Shown: positions 1 through 9,589 of the stretch, in pieces
Position numbering within the stretch: the stretch's first letter is position 1
How the letters are laid out: each line of letters opens with the position of its first letter
Assembly (NCBI GenBank): GCA_964442605.1
Contig: CAYTZR010000002.1
Coordinates: 11,387-75,386, forward strand
Origin: an uncultured Oscillospiraceae bacterium
GTDB lineage: Bacteria > Bacillota > Clostridia > Monoglobales > Monoglobaceae
DNA: 64,000 nucleotides
Direction: 5' to 3'
Notes under the pieces: model-generated
What the model was told of the DNA's origin: nothing
The model's database searches: none
Seen by the model: the letters and a program-made list of their open reading frames with translations, nothing else
Program-made: the position numbers and the translations under genes

Positions 1-1562
1 AGCAGAACGCTTTGCGCGTTTCTTAAGCCTTGCCTTACGGCGCGGTATGTAGCCTGTCTGAAATCACCGCCGTCCGTATGCTTTTTGTGCGCACGCCCGG
101 ATACCAATGTTATTTTCATATCGGTAATGGGTGAGCCGGTTAATACTCCGATATGCGTTTTCTCATGCAAATGGGTCATAATCAAACGCTGCCAATTTTT
201 ATCAAGCTTATCCTCACTGCATTTTATTTCAAATTTTAGACCGCTTCCGGGCTTACCCGGCTCAAGCAGGAGATGAACCTCCGCATAGTGGCGCAGCGGT
301 TCATAGTGTCCGACACCTTCTACAATGTTGGATATCGTTTCTTTATACGCTATGCTGCCTCTGACAAAATCGACATTCATATTAAATCTGTCGAGGATTA
401 TCTGCTTCAGCACCTCAATCTGTATTTCACCCATAAGGCGAATATGAATTTCCCTGAGCTGCTCATTCCATATAATATTGAATTGAGGTTCCTCCTGCTC
501 AAGTATTCTGAGATTTGTTATAGCTGTGTGGATATCCATACCGGGCGGAAGCTGAACTGTGTATGAAAGAACAGGACTAAGCGCCGTTTTTTCCGAATTT
601 TGCTCATCGCCGAGTCCCTCGCCGGGGTAAGTATACGAAAGCCCCTTGATTGCGCATACAGTTCCCGCATCGGCAGACTCCGCAGTCTTGAACTTTTCTC
701 CGGAATATATTCTGATTTGGTCAGCCTTTTCCGCCCATGACTTTTGTTCTCTGTCAATTCCGGATATAACATCCTTAACCTTAAGACTGCCGCCCGTTAT
801 TTTCATATGTGTCAGTCTGTTTCCTTGATCGTCCTCCGATATTTTGAATACACGCGCCGCAAAGTCTTTTTTATATTGCGGAGCGACAGTGTATAACGAC
901 AGCCCCTCCAAAAGTTCCTTTATACCGTCAAGCTTCAGCGCGGAACCAAAATAACAAGGGAAAATATGCCGCTTGGCAATGGCTCGGTTTATGAGATTGC
1001 TTTCGACTTTACCGCTTTCCAAAAAACAGTTTAAGATTTCCTCATCGCACATGGCGATACTTTCGTTAAATTGTGATTTATCAGACGTCTCATCACTGAA
1101 ATCTATGCAACTGTCACTCAAATACTTGTGTATAGAGGCCATAAGCTCACCGCGTTCGGCGGCGGGTAAATCCATTTTATTGATAAAAATAAATGTTGGA
1201 ATATTGTAGCGTTTAAGAAGCTTCCAAAGAGTTTCGGTATGACTTTGAATGCCATCGCTTCCGCTTATAACCAAAACCGCGTAGTCCAAAACATTGAGCG
1301 TTCTTTCGGTCTCCATTGAAAAGTCAACATGCCCGGGAGTGTCAAGCAAAGTGAATTCGGTATTATCTATACTGAAAACCGCTTGCTTTGAGAAGATTGT
1401 AATACCCCTGTCCCGCTCTATTGAGTGGGTATCCAGAAAAGCGTCACCGTGGTCGACTCTGCCGAGCTTTCTGAGCTTGCCGCTCAAATAGAGCATCCCT
1501 TCAGATAATGTAGTCTTACCGGAATCCACATGAGCCAATATTCCGAAAACAATTCTTTTCAT
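1..1562 (-). CDS. TetM/TetW/EF-G-like translation-factor GTPase (3' end runs off the window)
   Basis: Not in the ORF track. Manual translation from ATG 1562: MKRIVFGILAHVDSGKTTLSE (G1), ERDRGITIFS (G2), DTPGHVDF (G3), NKMD (G4). The same frame at the window edge reads GRAHKKHTDGGDFRQATYRAVRQGL. The start overlaps the arsC-like stop (ATGA). Confidence 0.88.
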   Translation of the reverse strand, partial: MKRIVFGILAHVDSGKTTLSEGMLYLSGKLRKLGRVDHGDAFLDTHSIERDRGITIFSKQAVFSIDNTEFTLLDTPGHVDFSMETERTLNVLDYAVLVISGSDGIQSHTETLWKLLKRYNIPTFIFINKMDLPAAERGELMASIHKYLSDSCIDFSDETSDKSQFNESIAMCDEEILNCFLESGKVESNLINRAIAKRHIFPCYFGSALKLDGIKELLEGLSLYTVAPQYKKDFAARVFKISEDDQGNRLTHMKITGGSLKVKDVISGIDREQKSWAEKADQIRIYSGEKFKTAESADAGTVCAIKGLSYTYPGEGLGDEQNSEKTALSPVLSYTVQLPPGMDIHTAITNLRILEQEEPQFNIIWNEQLREIHIRLMGEIQIEVLKQIILDRFNMNVDFVRGSIAYKETISNIVEGVGHYEPLRHYAEVHLLLEPGKPGSGLKFEIKCSEDKLDKNWQRLIMTHLHEKTHIGVLTGSPITDMKITLVSGRAHKKHTDGGDFRQATYRAVRQGLRNAQSVL

Positions 1563-1912
1563 TTTATGTTTTCTGCCCACTCAGCCTGCTTAAAGCCCAC
1601 AACAACCTTATTTCCTTTTATAGCGATAGGACGTTTCACAAGCATACCGTCGGTTGACAGCAAATCAATCTGTTCGTTTTCACTCATGCTATCCAGTTTG
1701 TCCTTTAATCCCATTGAACGATAGAGCATACCGCTTGTATTAAAAAATTTCTTGATTGGAAGACCGCTCAGCTTATACCACTTTGTTAACTCATCGGCGC
1801 TCGGATTATCTTCTTTAATATTCCTGACTTCATATTCAATTCCGTTTTCTTGAAGCCATTTTTCAGCTTTCTTGCATGTTGTGCATTTTGGATAACAAAT
1901 AAACTTAACCAT
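1559..1912 (-). CDS. ArsC/Spx/MgsR family thioredoxin-fold protein
   Basis: CxxC (CTTCKKA) and GMLVKRP motifs, 117 aa, AGGAGG RBS upstream. Confidence 0.9.
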   Translation of the reverse strand: MVKFICYPKCTTCKKAEKWLQENGIEYEVRNIKEDNPSADELTKWYKLSGLPIKKFFNTSGMLYRSMGLKDKLDSMSENEQIDLLSTDGMLVKRPIAIKGNKVVVGFKQAEWAENIK

Positions 1913-1943
1913 TTAAATCTAAAACCTCCTATGAAATCTATTG

Positions 1944-2027
1944 AAATTTTCCGGGAATTATCCGGAATTTTTCGGAATTTATTATCCGGAATTTTCCGGA
2001 AATTATCCGGAATTTTTCCGAAATTTA
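1944..2027. repeat. Degenerate tandem repeat, ~10-11 nt unit AATT(A/T)TCCGG, about 7-8 copies
   Basis: Seen directly: ...aattttccgggaattatccggaatttttcggaatttattatccggaattttccggaaattatccggaatttttccgaaattt. Confidence 0.85.
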
Positions 2028-2055
2028 TCGTATATTCCCTTGTATTTTACAAGCT

Positions 2056-3462
2056 TTATTTCATCTTTTCAAGCAGGTGTCTGCCGTCGTGATATGACAG
2101 CATAGGTGGATATGTAACAACAACCAAGTCATCATAGTTCAAAACGCTGTGAAGATATGACAGACTTAAAGGATTGTTATTTCCGTCATTGCCGTTGAAG
2201 CGGCGAATATCAATTACATAAATTTCATCATAGTCGTCAACATTCCATGTAGTGAAAGCGTTACCGTAAGACTCTTTAACCACGACAAGCTTTTTGCCGG
2301 TACCGGCGGAGGTAGTGTACTTCGTAAATGGAAAATCACCGCATATAAAGGCGTTATAGCCGTCATATTTTGTTTCGACAACCGGCAGATTTGAATACTG
2401 AACCTCCTGCATATCCTGATCAAGATAGGATGTGCCATTTGCTTCTGTTTTTGGAAGCCAGCGTTCAAGATAATCCGGATTTGCGCTCAAAATGTCATAT
2501 GCAGGAGTTCCCTCAAGCTTTTTCGCGAATGTGCCGAGAAATCCGTCGGTATTAGCTGTCTCGTAGCTGTCAAGCGCGGGTGCGGTTTCGCCTTTTGCCG
2601 CCTTAAAAGCCTGATAAGCGTAGTAAGAACCCCTATGTGTCCAATGGTGATCCGTTGAATAGTAAATCTTTTCGCCCGCATGCTCATAGAGGGGCTTTAC
2701 GACATTTATAGCGGTTATCTTATCGCTTAGGTTGCTGTATATTTTTTTAATTCCGGACAGTTGATTTCCGTAATATTGCTTCGGAGCATAGAATTCATCC
2801 GATGTCGGAACCACGATACTGTACATATTGACACCCGGGAGAGCGTCGGCAACCGTATTCAGCACCGTCGCATAGTCAATTGCCGCCTCGTCTGAAATGG
2901 TGTTAAGATCAAGAGCCATTGTTCCCGCAAGCAAAAGTCCGTTGTACATGCCGCCATCATCAGGCAGACGGTATTCATCCCCGATATAAGTATCATTTAT
3001 AACAGCAGCGTTTTTGCTAAGCTGCACTGTGTTTCCGGGCGAGGTGATGATAACGGTTTTGGTTCCTTCTACCCATTCAACCGTACAATCAAGTCCCTCT
3101 GAAATCGCCCTGACCGGAACAAGAGTGCGCCCGTCAATTTCAGTCGGCGGCACGTCAAGACTGATAACCTGATCGCCGCAGTTGAAAGTTTTGTTTCCTA
3201 TCTGCATGGTCATCGTCTTTCCGTCCTTCACCGCCGTTATCGTTTGTGTCTCGTCAGCCCAAGTTACCGTACATCCGAGAGCCTCAAAGATTGCGCGCAT
3301 AGGCACCATAGTTCTGTCGTTTATTGTCTGCGGCGGAACATCAAATACGATTTCTGTCCCATCCAGAGTTACTGTTATATCCTCATCCGCTCCAAATGCC
3401 GGTATTGATGACATAGAGAGAAGAAGACACAGCGTTAAAATAATACTGATTATTTTTTTCAT
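2056..3462 (-). CDS. Secreted protein: Cu-amine-oxidase N-terminal (stalk) domain plus DHHW-family (AlgJ/AlgX-like) domain
   Basis: Signal peptide MKKIISIILTLCLLL..AFG. FDVPPQTINDRTMVPMRAIFEALG and DGRTLVPVRAISE are stalk-domain motifs; YYSTDHHWT and KESYGNA are DHHW motifs. Alternative start at 3480. Confidence 0.8.
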   Translation of the reverse strand: MKKIISIILTLCLLLSMSSIPAFGADEDITVTLDGTEIVFDVPPQTINDRTMVPMRAIFEALGCTVTWADETQTITAVKDGKTMTMQIGNKTFNCGDQVISLDVPPTEIDGRTLVPVRAISEGLDCTVEWVEGTKTVIITSPGNTVQLSKNAAVINDTYIGDEYRLPDDGGMYNGLLLAGTMALDLNTISDEAAIDYATVLNTVADALPGVNMYSIVVPTSDEFYAPKQYYGNQLSGIKKIYSNLSDKITAINVVKPLYEHAGEKIYYSTDHHWTHRGSYYAYQAFKAAKGETAPALDSYETANTDGFLGTFAKKLEGTPAYDILSANPDYLERWLPKTEANGTSYLDQDMQEVQYSNLPVVETKYDGYNAFICGDFPFTKYTTSAGTGKKLVVVKESYGNAFTTWNVDDYDEIYVIDIRRFNGNDGNNNPLSLSYLHSVLNYDDLVVVTYPPMLSYHDGRHLLEKMK

Positions 3463-3787
3463 AACTTTCCCAGCTTTCATTAAATATATATATTATTTAT
3501 TATTAATTTTTAATTACTTTTTATTATATTTTATTATATTGCCGCGATATTTTTCCGTGTAGATAAATCCTTACATAAATTCTATCATAGTTATATTTGT
3601 TTTTCAAGCTATTAAATAAAAAAATTTAAAAACTATTTTAAAGCGGAGCAACACTCCATCAAGCTTCCTTGAAATGGAGCTTGTGATAGATTGCAACCTG
3701 CTCTTAGGTTATATTTACACGCTATTTGAAAATGTTTTTTGAATTATTTTTGAATTGTTTTTTGGGATTAGTTTTGATATTTATTTA

Positions 3788-3815
3788 TTGACATTTTAAT
3801 TTTATAGTGTATAAT
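3788..3815 (+). promoter_or_regulatory. sigmaA-type promoter for the lipoprotein gene and possibly secA
   Basis: TTGACA-16 nt-TATAAT. Confidence 0.65.
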
Positions 3816-3846
3816 AGTTTAGAAGGAGTTTATAAGGAGAAGTATT

Positions 3847-4440
3847 ATGAGAAAATTCAAATTTGTCATCAAAATCTTTACGGCAGTATTAATTTTGGCT
3901 TTAACGTTTACCTCGTGCGGCACCAACGACGATGAGGTTAAAGCTCAGGCGGAGCAGGCGTTTGTTGAGACAATGGAAGCGTTTAAGGCGGGAGATGCGG
4001 ATAAAATAAACGAATACTGCAAATACACAAATATCAGTGATGAATCCGAGCTTATTTCAATTATCCTTTCATCTCTTGAGAATGTTTCGTACAGTATAAA
4101 TTCCGTTACGGTAAACAGCGGTAAAAGCGCCACATTAGATGTTGATATTACCTTAATTGACGCGTCTCAGGTTATGAGTAAATATGTTGAAAAAATCGTT
4201 GAATTGGTGTCAAGCAGTGAATATCAAAGCAAGATAGATTCAATGACTAAGGAAGATTATGATGAATTAATGAATGAAAAATTATCTGAAGTTCTTCAAA
4301 ACGGTGAGATACCGAATGTAACACAAAATCTTTCCATAATCATGGTAAAGGAGGACGGAAGCTGGAAGGTAGACGGCAGTGAGCTTTCGCAGCTTTTGGT
4401 TACAAACACGTTGGACGCGATTACTATGATAAAGCAGTAA
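3847..4440 (+). CDS. Putative lipoprotein of unknown function
   Basis: Lipobox-like FTSC after a hydrophobic stretch; AAGGAG RBS; C-terminal KEDGSWKV resembles NTF2-like/DUF4878-type lipoproteins. Confidence 0.7.
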   Translation: MRKFKFVIKIFTAVLILALTFTSCGTNDDEVKAQAEQAFVETMEAFKAGDADKINEYCKYTNISDESELISIILSSLENVSYSINSVTVNSGKSATLDVDITLIDASQVMSKYVEKIVELVSSSEYQSKIDSMTKEDYDELMNEKLSEVLQNGEIPNVTQNLSIIMVKEDGSWKVDGSELSQLLVTNTLDAITMIKQ

Positions 4441-4540
4441 AATTGCTTGACACAAAAATAACTTAAAATCGCGTTTTCGGTATGAATTAGCTTAATTTAA
4501 CTTAATTTAATCAGATAAATTTAATTTGGAGGTATCCTTT

Positions 4541-7318
4541 ATGGGAATTAAAGGGATGATTGAAAAGGTCATCGGAACATACAGTGATAGGGAATTGAAA
4601 AAAATCTATCCTATTGTCGATAAGGTTACAGCGCTTGAAGCGGAAATGGAAGGCAAGAGCGAAACTGAGCTTAAGGCAATGACAGGCAAGCTGAAGGAGC
4701 GGTTAAACAACGGAGAGACCTTGGATGATATATTGCCCGAGGCGTTTGCCGTGTGTCGTGAGGCAGCGTGGAGAGTTTTGGGAATGAAGCACTTCCCCGT
4801 TCAGATTTTAGGAGGCGTTGTGCTTCACCAAGGCAGAATATCCGAGATGAAAACCGGTGAAGGTAAAACTCTGGTTGCGACCCTGCCGGCATATTTGAAC
4901 GCGCTTTCCGGCAACGGAGTTCATATCGTAACCGTGAACGATTACCTCGCAAAGCGTGATAGCGAGTGGATGGGTAAGCTGTATAACTACCTGGGCCTGT
5001 CTGTAGGACTTATTATCCATGATATGGACAATGCCGCGAGAAAAGCGGCGTATAACGCGGATATAACCTACGGTACAAATAACGAGATGGGATTTGACTA
5101 TCTTCGTGACAACATGGTAATATATAAGGAAAACAAGGTTCAAAGAGGACATAACTATGCCATCGTTGATGAGGTTGACAGTATACTTATCGATGAGGCG
5201 AGGACACCGCTTATTATTTCAGGCAAGGGCGATAAGTCGACTGACCTCTATACCCAAGCTGACAGATTTGCTAAGTCTCTCACCTTTAAAAAGGTTGTTG
5301 AAACCGACTCAAAGGTTGAGGTAGAGGATGAAGAAGAGCTAAATCGTTATGATTATATTGTTGACGAGAAAGCAAAAACCGCAATGCTTACACCGAAAGG
5401 CGTTAAGAAAGCGGAGGAAGCTTTCCATATCGACAACCTGACCGATCCTGCCAACATGACATTATCGCACCATATTAATCAGGCTATAAAAGCAATCGGT
5501 GTTATGAAAAAGGATAAGGACTATGTTGTAAAAGACGGCGAGGTAATTATCGTTGATGAATTTACCGGACGTATGATGTTCGGAAGGCGCTATAACGACG
5601 GTTTGCACCAAGCGATTGAGGCAAAGGAGGGCGTAACCGTTGAAAATGAGTCAAAGACTCTGGCTACCATTACGTTCCAAAACTACTTCAGACTGTACAA
5701 AAAGCTGGCAGGTATGACAGGTACGGCTCAGACCGAGGAGGACGAGTTCCAGGAAATTTACAGACTTGATGTAATCGTAATCCCTACAAATAAGCCGCTT
5801 GTGAGAATTGATGAGCCCGACAGCGTATATAAAACGGAGGACGCGAAGTTCAGAGCCGTTATCGAGGATACGGTAAAGGCGCACGAAAAGGGTCAGCCTG
5901 TGCTTATAGGTACGGTTTCGATTGAAAAGTCGGAAAAGCTCAGCCGTATGCTGAGAAAGCGCGGTATAAAGCATAATGTATTGAATGCGAAGTTCCATGA
6001 TAAAGAGGCGGAAATCGTAGCTCAGGCCGGAAAGAAGGGCGCGGTTACAATCGCCACAAATATGGCGGGACGTGGTACCGATATTGTCCTCGGCGGTAAT
6101 GCCGAATATTTGGCAAGAGCGGAGATGGAGAAGCTTGATTACGCCGATGAGCTGATTGTTCAGGCAACAGGCTTCGCTGAAACAGATGATCAGGAAATTT
6201 TGGACGCGCGCGCCAAATTCAAAGAGCTTAACGAAAAGTATAAGGCTGAGATTGAGCCTGAGCAGAAAGAGGTTCTTGCCGCCGGCGGTCTTAATATTAT
6301 GGGTACTGAGCGGCATGAAAGCAGACGTATTGATAACCAGCTGCGCGGTCGTTCCGGTCGTCAGGGCGATGTGGGTAAGTCCAAATTTTATATCTCCCTT
6401 GAGGATGACCTTATGCGCCTGTTCGCACCTGAGCGTATCACGAAGATTATGGATACGCTGGGGCTTGATGATGAGGAAGCGATCGAAAGCAAAATGCTGA
6501 GCGGCGCTATTGAAACCGCACAGGAGCGTGTTGAGGGAAAGAATTTTGACATCAGAAAAAATGTCCTGCAATTTGACGATGTAAACAACCAGCAAAGAGA
6601 AATTATATATAAGCAGCGTGATCAGGTTCTTGACGGCAAGGATCTGAGAGATAATATAATAAAGATGATGGGCGACGTGATAAGCGGCGTGATTGGTCTT
6701 TATATAGGCGACAAGGGAAACATACCGGATGAATGGGATTGGGAAGGCTTAAAAGAGCACCTTGAAACCATATTCGGAGAAATGCCCAAAGACTTCCTGA
6801 AGTTTACCGATGTGGAAATCGACAAGATGACACATGAGCGTTTGACGGAGTATGTTCTGGAGGATGCCGAAAAGAAGTATGCCGAAAAGGAAGCGGAGTT
6901 CGGAGATGCTATGCGTGAGGTAGAGCGCATCATAATGCTGAGAGTTGTTGACCAAAAGTGGATGGATCACATCGATAACATGGAGCAGCTTCGTCAAGGA
7001 ATTTATCTGAGGGCATACGCGCAGCATGATCCGGTTGTTGAGTATAAGTTTGAAGCTATGGATATGTTCGAAGAAATGACAGAATCAATCAAGGAGGATA
7101 CTGTTAAGCATTTATTCCATGTCATTCCGCAGTCAAAGCTTGAAAGACAGCAGGTGGCGAAGCCGACAGCCGAGAACGCCGGCGGAGACGGAACGGTTAA
7201 GAAAAAGCCGATAAGGAGAGTAAGAAAGATAGGCAGAAACGATCCGTGCCCTTGCGGTTCGGGTAAGAAGTATAAAAACTGCTGTCTTGAAAAGGATCGG
7301 TTAAACGGCAATATATAA
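4541..7318 (+). CDS. secA: Preprotein translocase ATPase SecA
   Basis: [53 protein letters not shown] and C-terminal [22 protein letters not shown]; GGAGG precedes ATG 4541. Confidence 0.98.
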   Translation: MGIKGMIEKVIGTYSDRELKKIYPIVDKVTALEAEMEGKSETELKAMTGKLKERLNNGETLDDILPEAFAVCREAAWRVLGMKHFPVQILGGVVLHQGRISEMKTGEGKTLVATLPAYLNALSGNGVHIVTVNDYLAKRDSEWMGKLYNYLGLSVGLIIHDMDNAARKAAYNADITYGTNNEMGFDYLRDNMVIYKENKVQRGHNYAIVDEVDSILIDEARTPLIISGKGDKSTDLYTQADRFAKSLTFKKVVETDSKVEVEDEEELNRYDYIVDEKAKTAMLTPKGVKKAEEAFHIDNLTDPANMTLSHHINQAIKAIGVMKKDKDYVVKDGEVIIVDEFTGRMMFGRRYNDGLHQAIEAKEGVTVENESKTLATITFQNYFRLYKKLAGMTGTAQTEEDEFQEIYRLDVIVIPTNKPLVRIDEPDSVYKTEDAKFRAVIEDTVKAHEKGQPVLIGTVSIEKSEKLSRMLRKRGIKHNVLNAKFHDKEAEIVAQAGKKGAVTIATNMAGRGTDIVLGGNAEYLARAEMEKLDYADELIVQATGFAETDDQEILDARAKFKELNEKYKAEIEPEQKEVLAAGGLNIMGTERHESRRIDNQLRGRSGRQGDVGKSKFYISLEDDLMRLFAPERITKIMDTLGLDDEEAIESKMLSGAIETAQERVEGKNFDIRKNVLQFDDVNNQQREIIYKQRDQVLDGKDLRDNIIKMMGDVISGVIGLYIGDKGNIPDEWDWEGLKEHLETIFGEMPKDFLKFTDVEIDKMTHERLTEYVLEDAEKKYAEKEAEFGDAMREVERIIMLRVVDQKWMDHIDNMEQLRQGIYLRAYAQHDPVVEYKFEAMDMFEEMTESIKEDTVKHLFHVIPQSKLERQQVAKPTAENAGGDGTVKKKPIRRVRKIGRNDPCPCGSGKKYKNCCLEKDRLNGNI

Positions 7319-7363
7319 TATATATTTATATATTCATAAAAATAAATATTTCGAGGTGATAGA

Positions 7364-8477
7364 GTGATAGCGTTTGACGAATACAAGCTTGGGCTTGAAA
7401 ACATGGAGAAGGATATTACGGAATTGAGGGATTCACTTTAACTTAGCCGATACACGGCAAAAGATAGAAAAGCTTGAGGCGGAAACCTTTGAGCCTGATT
7501 TTTACAATGATATGGACAAAGCCGGAAAGGTTCTGCAAGAGGTAAAATCGCTTAAAGATAAAATCCAAAGATACGATGATATTCATTCGCGATGGGAGGA
7601 TTTGACCACACTGGTTCAGCTTGGCATAGAAGAGGAAGACGAAAGCGTGCTGAGCGAGGTTAAGAGCGGTTATAAGGCTCTTTTGGAGAGTGTGGACAAT
7701 ATTAAGCTTGATACGCTGCTCTCGGGTAAATACGACAGGCTCAACGCGATAATAACTCTGCATTCGGGCGCCGGCGGAACCGAGGCGCAGGACTGGTGTG
7801 AAATGCTTTACAGGATGTACAATATGTGGGCGGATCGCAGGGGCTTTAAGGTTGAGGTTATCGACTGCTTAGACGGTGAGGAAGCGGGAATAAAGAGCGT
7901 TACGTTTTCCATCAGCGGTTTAAACGCCTACGGATATATGAAGTCCGAAAAGGGCGTACACCGTCTGGTAAGGATTTCACCGTTTGATTCAGCTGCGAGA
8001 CGGCATACGTCATTTGCATCGTGTGAGGTAATTCCTGAGCTTGACGAGGAGCTTGATGTAGAGATAAACCCTGAGGATCTTAGGATTGATACCTATCGTT
8101 CCAGCGGAGCGGGCGGACAGCACATCAACAAGACCGAATCGGCTATACGTATTACGCATATTCCCACAGGCATTGTGGTTACATGTCAAAACGAAAGAAG
8201 CCAGCATAAGAATAAGGAGACTGCCATGAAGGTGCTTAAATCAAAGCTGGTTGAGATAGCGGAGCGTGAGCAAAAAGATAAGATTGATGATTTAAAGGGC
8301 GTGCAGACCGAAATTGCGTGGGGCAATCAAATTCGTTCCTATGTGTTTCATCCGTACAATATGGTTAAGGATCATAGAACGAATTTTGAGACCGGAAACG
8401 TCAATGCCGTGATGAACGGAGAGATTGACGGATTTATAAACGCGTATTTAAAGGCTAAGTCAAAAGGCGAGATATAG
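7364..8477 (+). CDS. prfB: Peptide chain release factor 2, made via a programmed +1 frameshift at 7436-7441
   Basis: GTG 7364 (GAGGTG RBS) reads [25 protein letters not shown]-stop. The +1 frame from 7440 (NLADTRQK..) is open into ORF 7512..8477, which has the SPF (RISPFD) and GGQ motifs. Confidence 0.95.
7427..7442 (+). promoter_or_regulatory. RF2 +1 frameshift cassette with a UAA stop: AGGGAT-TCA-CTT-TAA-C
   Basis: Internal SD-like AGGGAT 3 nt before CTT, at the same position as in the canonical AGGGGG-NNN-CTT-TGA-C. Confidence 0.9.
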
Positions 8478-8494
8478 TATTTGAGGAGATAGAA

Positions 8495-9577
8495 ATGTTT
8501 GAAAAGCTGTCATTTTTAGAGGAGCAGTTCGAGGAATTGGCTAAAAAAATCAGTGATCCCGAGGTGATTGCGGATCAGGATACGTGGCGCAAGCTTTGTA
8601 AGGAGCATTCTGATTTAACGCCGATTGTCGAGAAATACAGAGAGTATAAAAGAAATCGGGAAACGATTGACGACGCTAAGGCAATGATGGATGATCCCGA
8701 AACCGACAAGGAATTTAAAGAAATGCTTGTTGAAGAAACCAAGGAAGCCAAGGCGAATATCGGGCGCATAGAGGAGGAGCTTAAGATTTTGCTTCTGCCA
8801 AAGGACCCCAATGACGATAAAAACGTAATGATGGAAATCAGAAGCGGCGCCGGCGGCGATGAGGCGGCGTTGTTCGCGGGGGACCTATACAGAATGTATT
8901 CTATGTATGCCGATGCAAAGAAATGGAAGATTGAGGTTTTGAACTTAAACGAAATCGGTATCGGCGGCATAAAGGAAATCACGTTTATGATAAACGGAGA
9001 GGGCGCGTACAGCAGGCTCAAGTTTGAAAGCGGCGTCCATCGTGTTCAGAGGGTGCCTGAAACTGAATCAAGCGGCAGAATTCATACATCGACCGTGACG
9101 GTTGCGGTGCTGCCCGAGGTTGACGATGTTGAAGTCGAAATTAATCCTGAGGATTTGGAAATCGATACTTATCGTTCCAGCGGCGCCGGAGGTCAGCACA
9201 TAAACAAGACCGAGTCCGCCATTCGTATAACTCATAAGCCTACAGGCATAGTTGTAACTTGTCAGGATGAGAGAAGCCAGCATAAGAATAAGGAGGCGGC
9301 AATGAAAATGCTTCGTTCCAGACTGTATGACAAGATGGAGCAGGAAAGAAGCGCCGCGATTGCCGCCGACAGAAAGAGTCAAGTCGGAACAGGCGACAGA
9401 AGCGAACGTATCAGGACGTATAACTTCCCGCAGGGCAGAATGACAGATCACAGAATAGGTTTGACGCTTTACAAGCTGGAACAGATATTAAACGGAGATT
9501 TGGATGAGATAATTGACGCGCTGATCACCACCGATCAGAGCGAAAAGCTGAAAGCTCAGGCTGAAGGAGCTTTTTAA
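8495..9577 (+). CDS. prfA: Peptide chain release factor 1
   Basis: PxT motif (VQRVPETES), [24 protein letters not shown]. Confidence 0.97.
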   Translation: MFEKLSFLEEQFEELAKKISDPEVIADQDTWRKLCKEHSDLTPIVEKYREYKRNRETIDDAKAMMDDPETDKEFKEMLVEETKEAKANIGRIEEELKILLLPKDPNDDKNVMMEIRSGAGGDEAALFAGDLYRMYSMYADAKKWKIEVLNLNEIGIGGIKEITFMINGEGAYSRLKFESGVHRVQRVPETESSGRIHTSTVTVAVLPEVDDVEVEINPEDLEIDTYRSSGAGGQHINKTESAIRITHKPTGIVVTCQDERSQHKNKEAAMKMLRSRLYDKMEQERSAAIAADRKSQVGTGDRSERIRTYNFPQGRMTDHRIGLTLYKLEQILNGDLDEIIDALITTDQSEKLKAQAEGAF

Positions 9578-9589
9578 TTTGTAAATATT

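Noticed and set aside
1-1562. Acquired tetracycline resistance gene
   Set aside because: No mobile context or leader peptide; motifs fit the chromosomal Tet-like GTPase paralogues; function cannot be called from this fragment
5651-6595. Long antisense ORFs (e.g. 314 aa opposite secA, and 15092-15715, 22144-22695, 45533-46180)
   Set aside because: These are shadow ORFs on the opposite strand of well-supported genes, with no RBS or recognisable motifs
7436-7441. prfB as a pseudogene, or UGA reassigned so that RF2 is dispensable
   Set aside because: The SD spacing and CTT-T slippery site are intact, the +1 frame is open, and at least six genes in the window end in TGA
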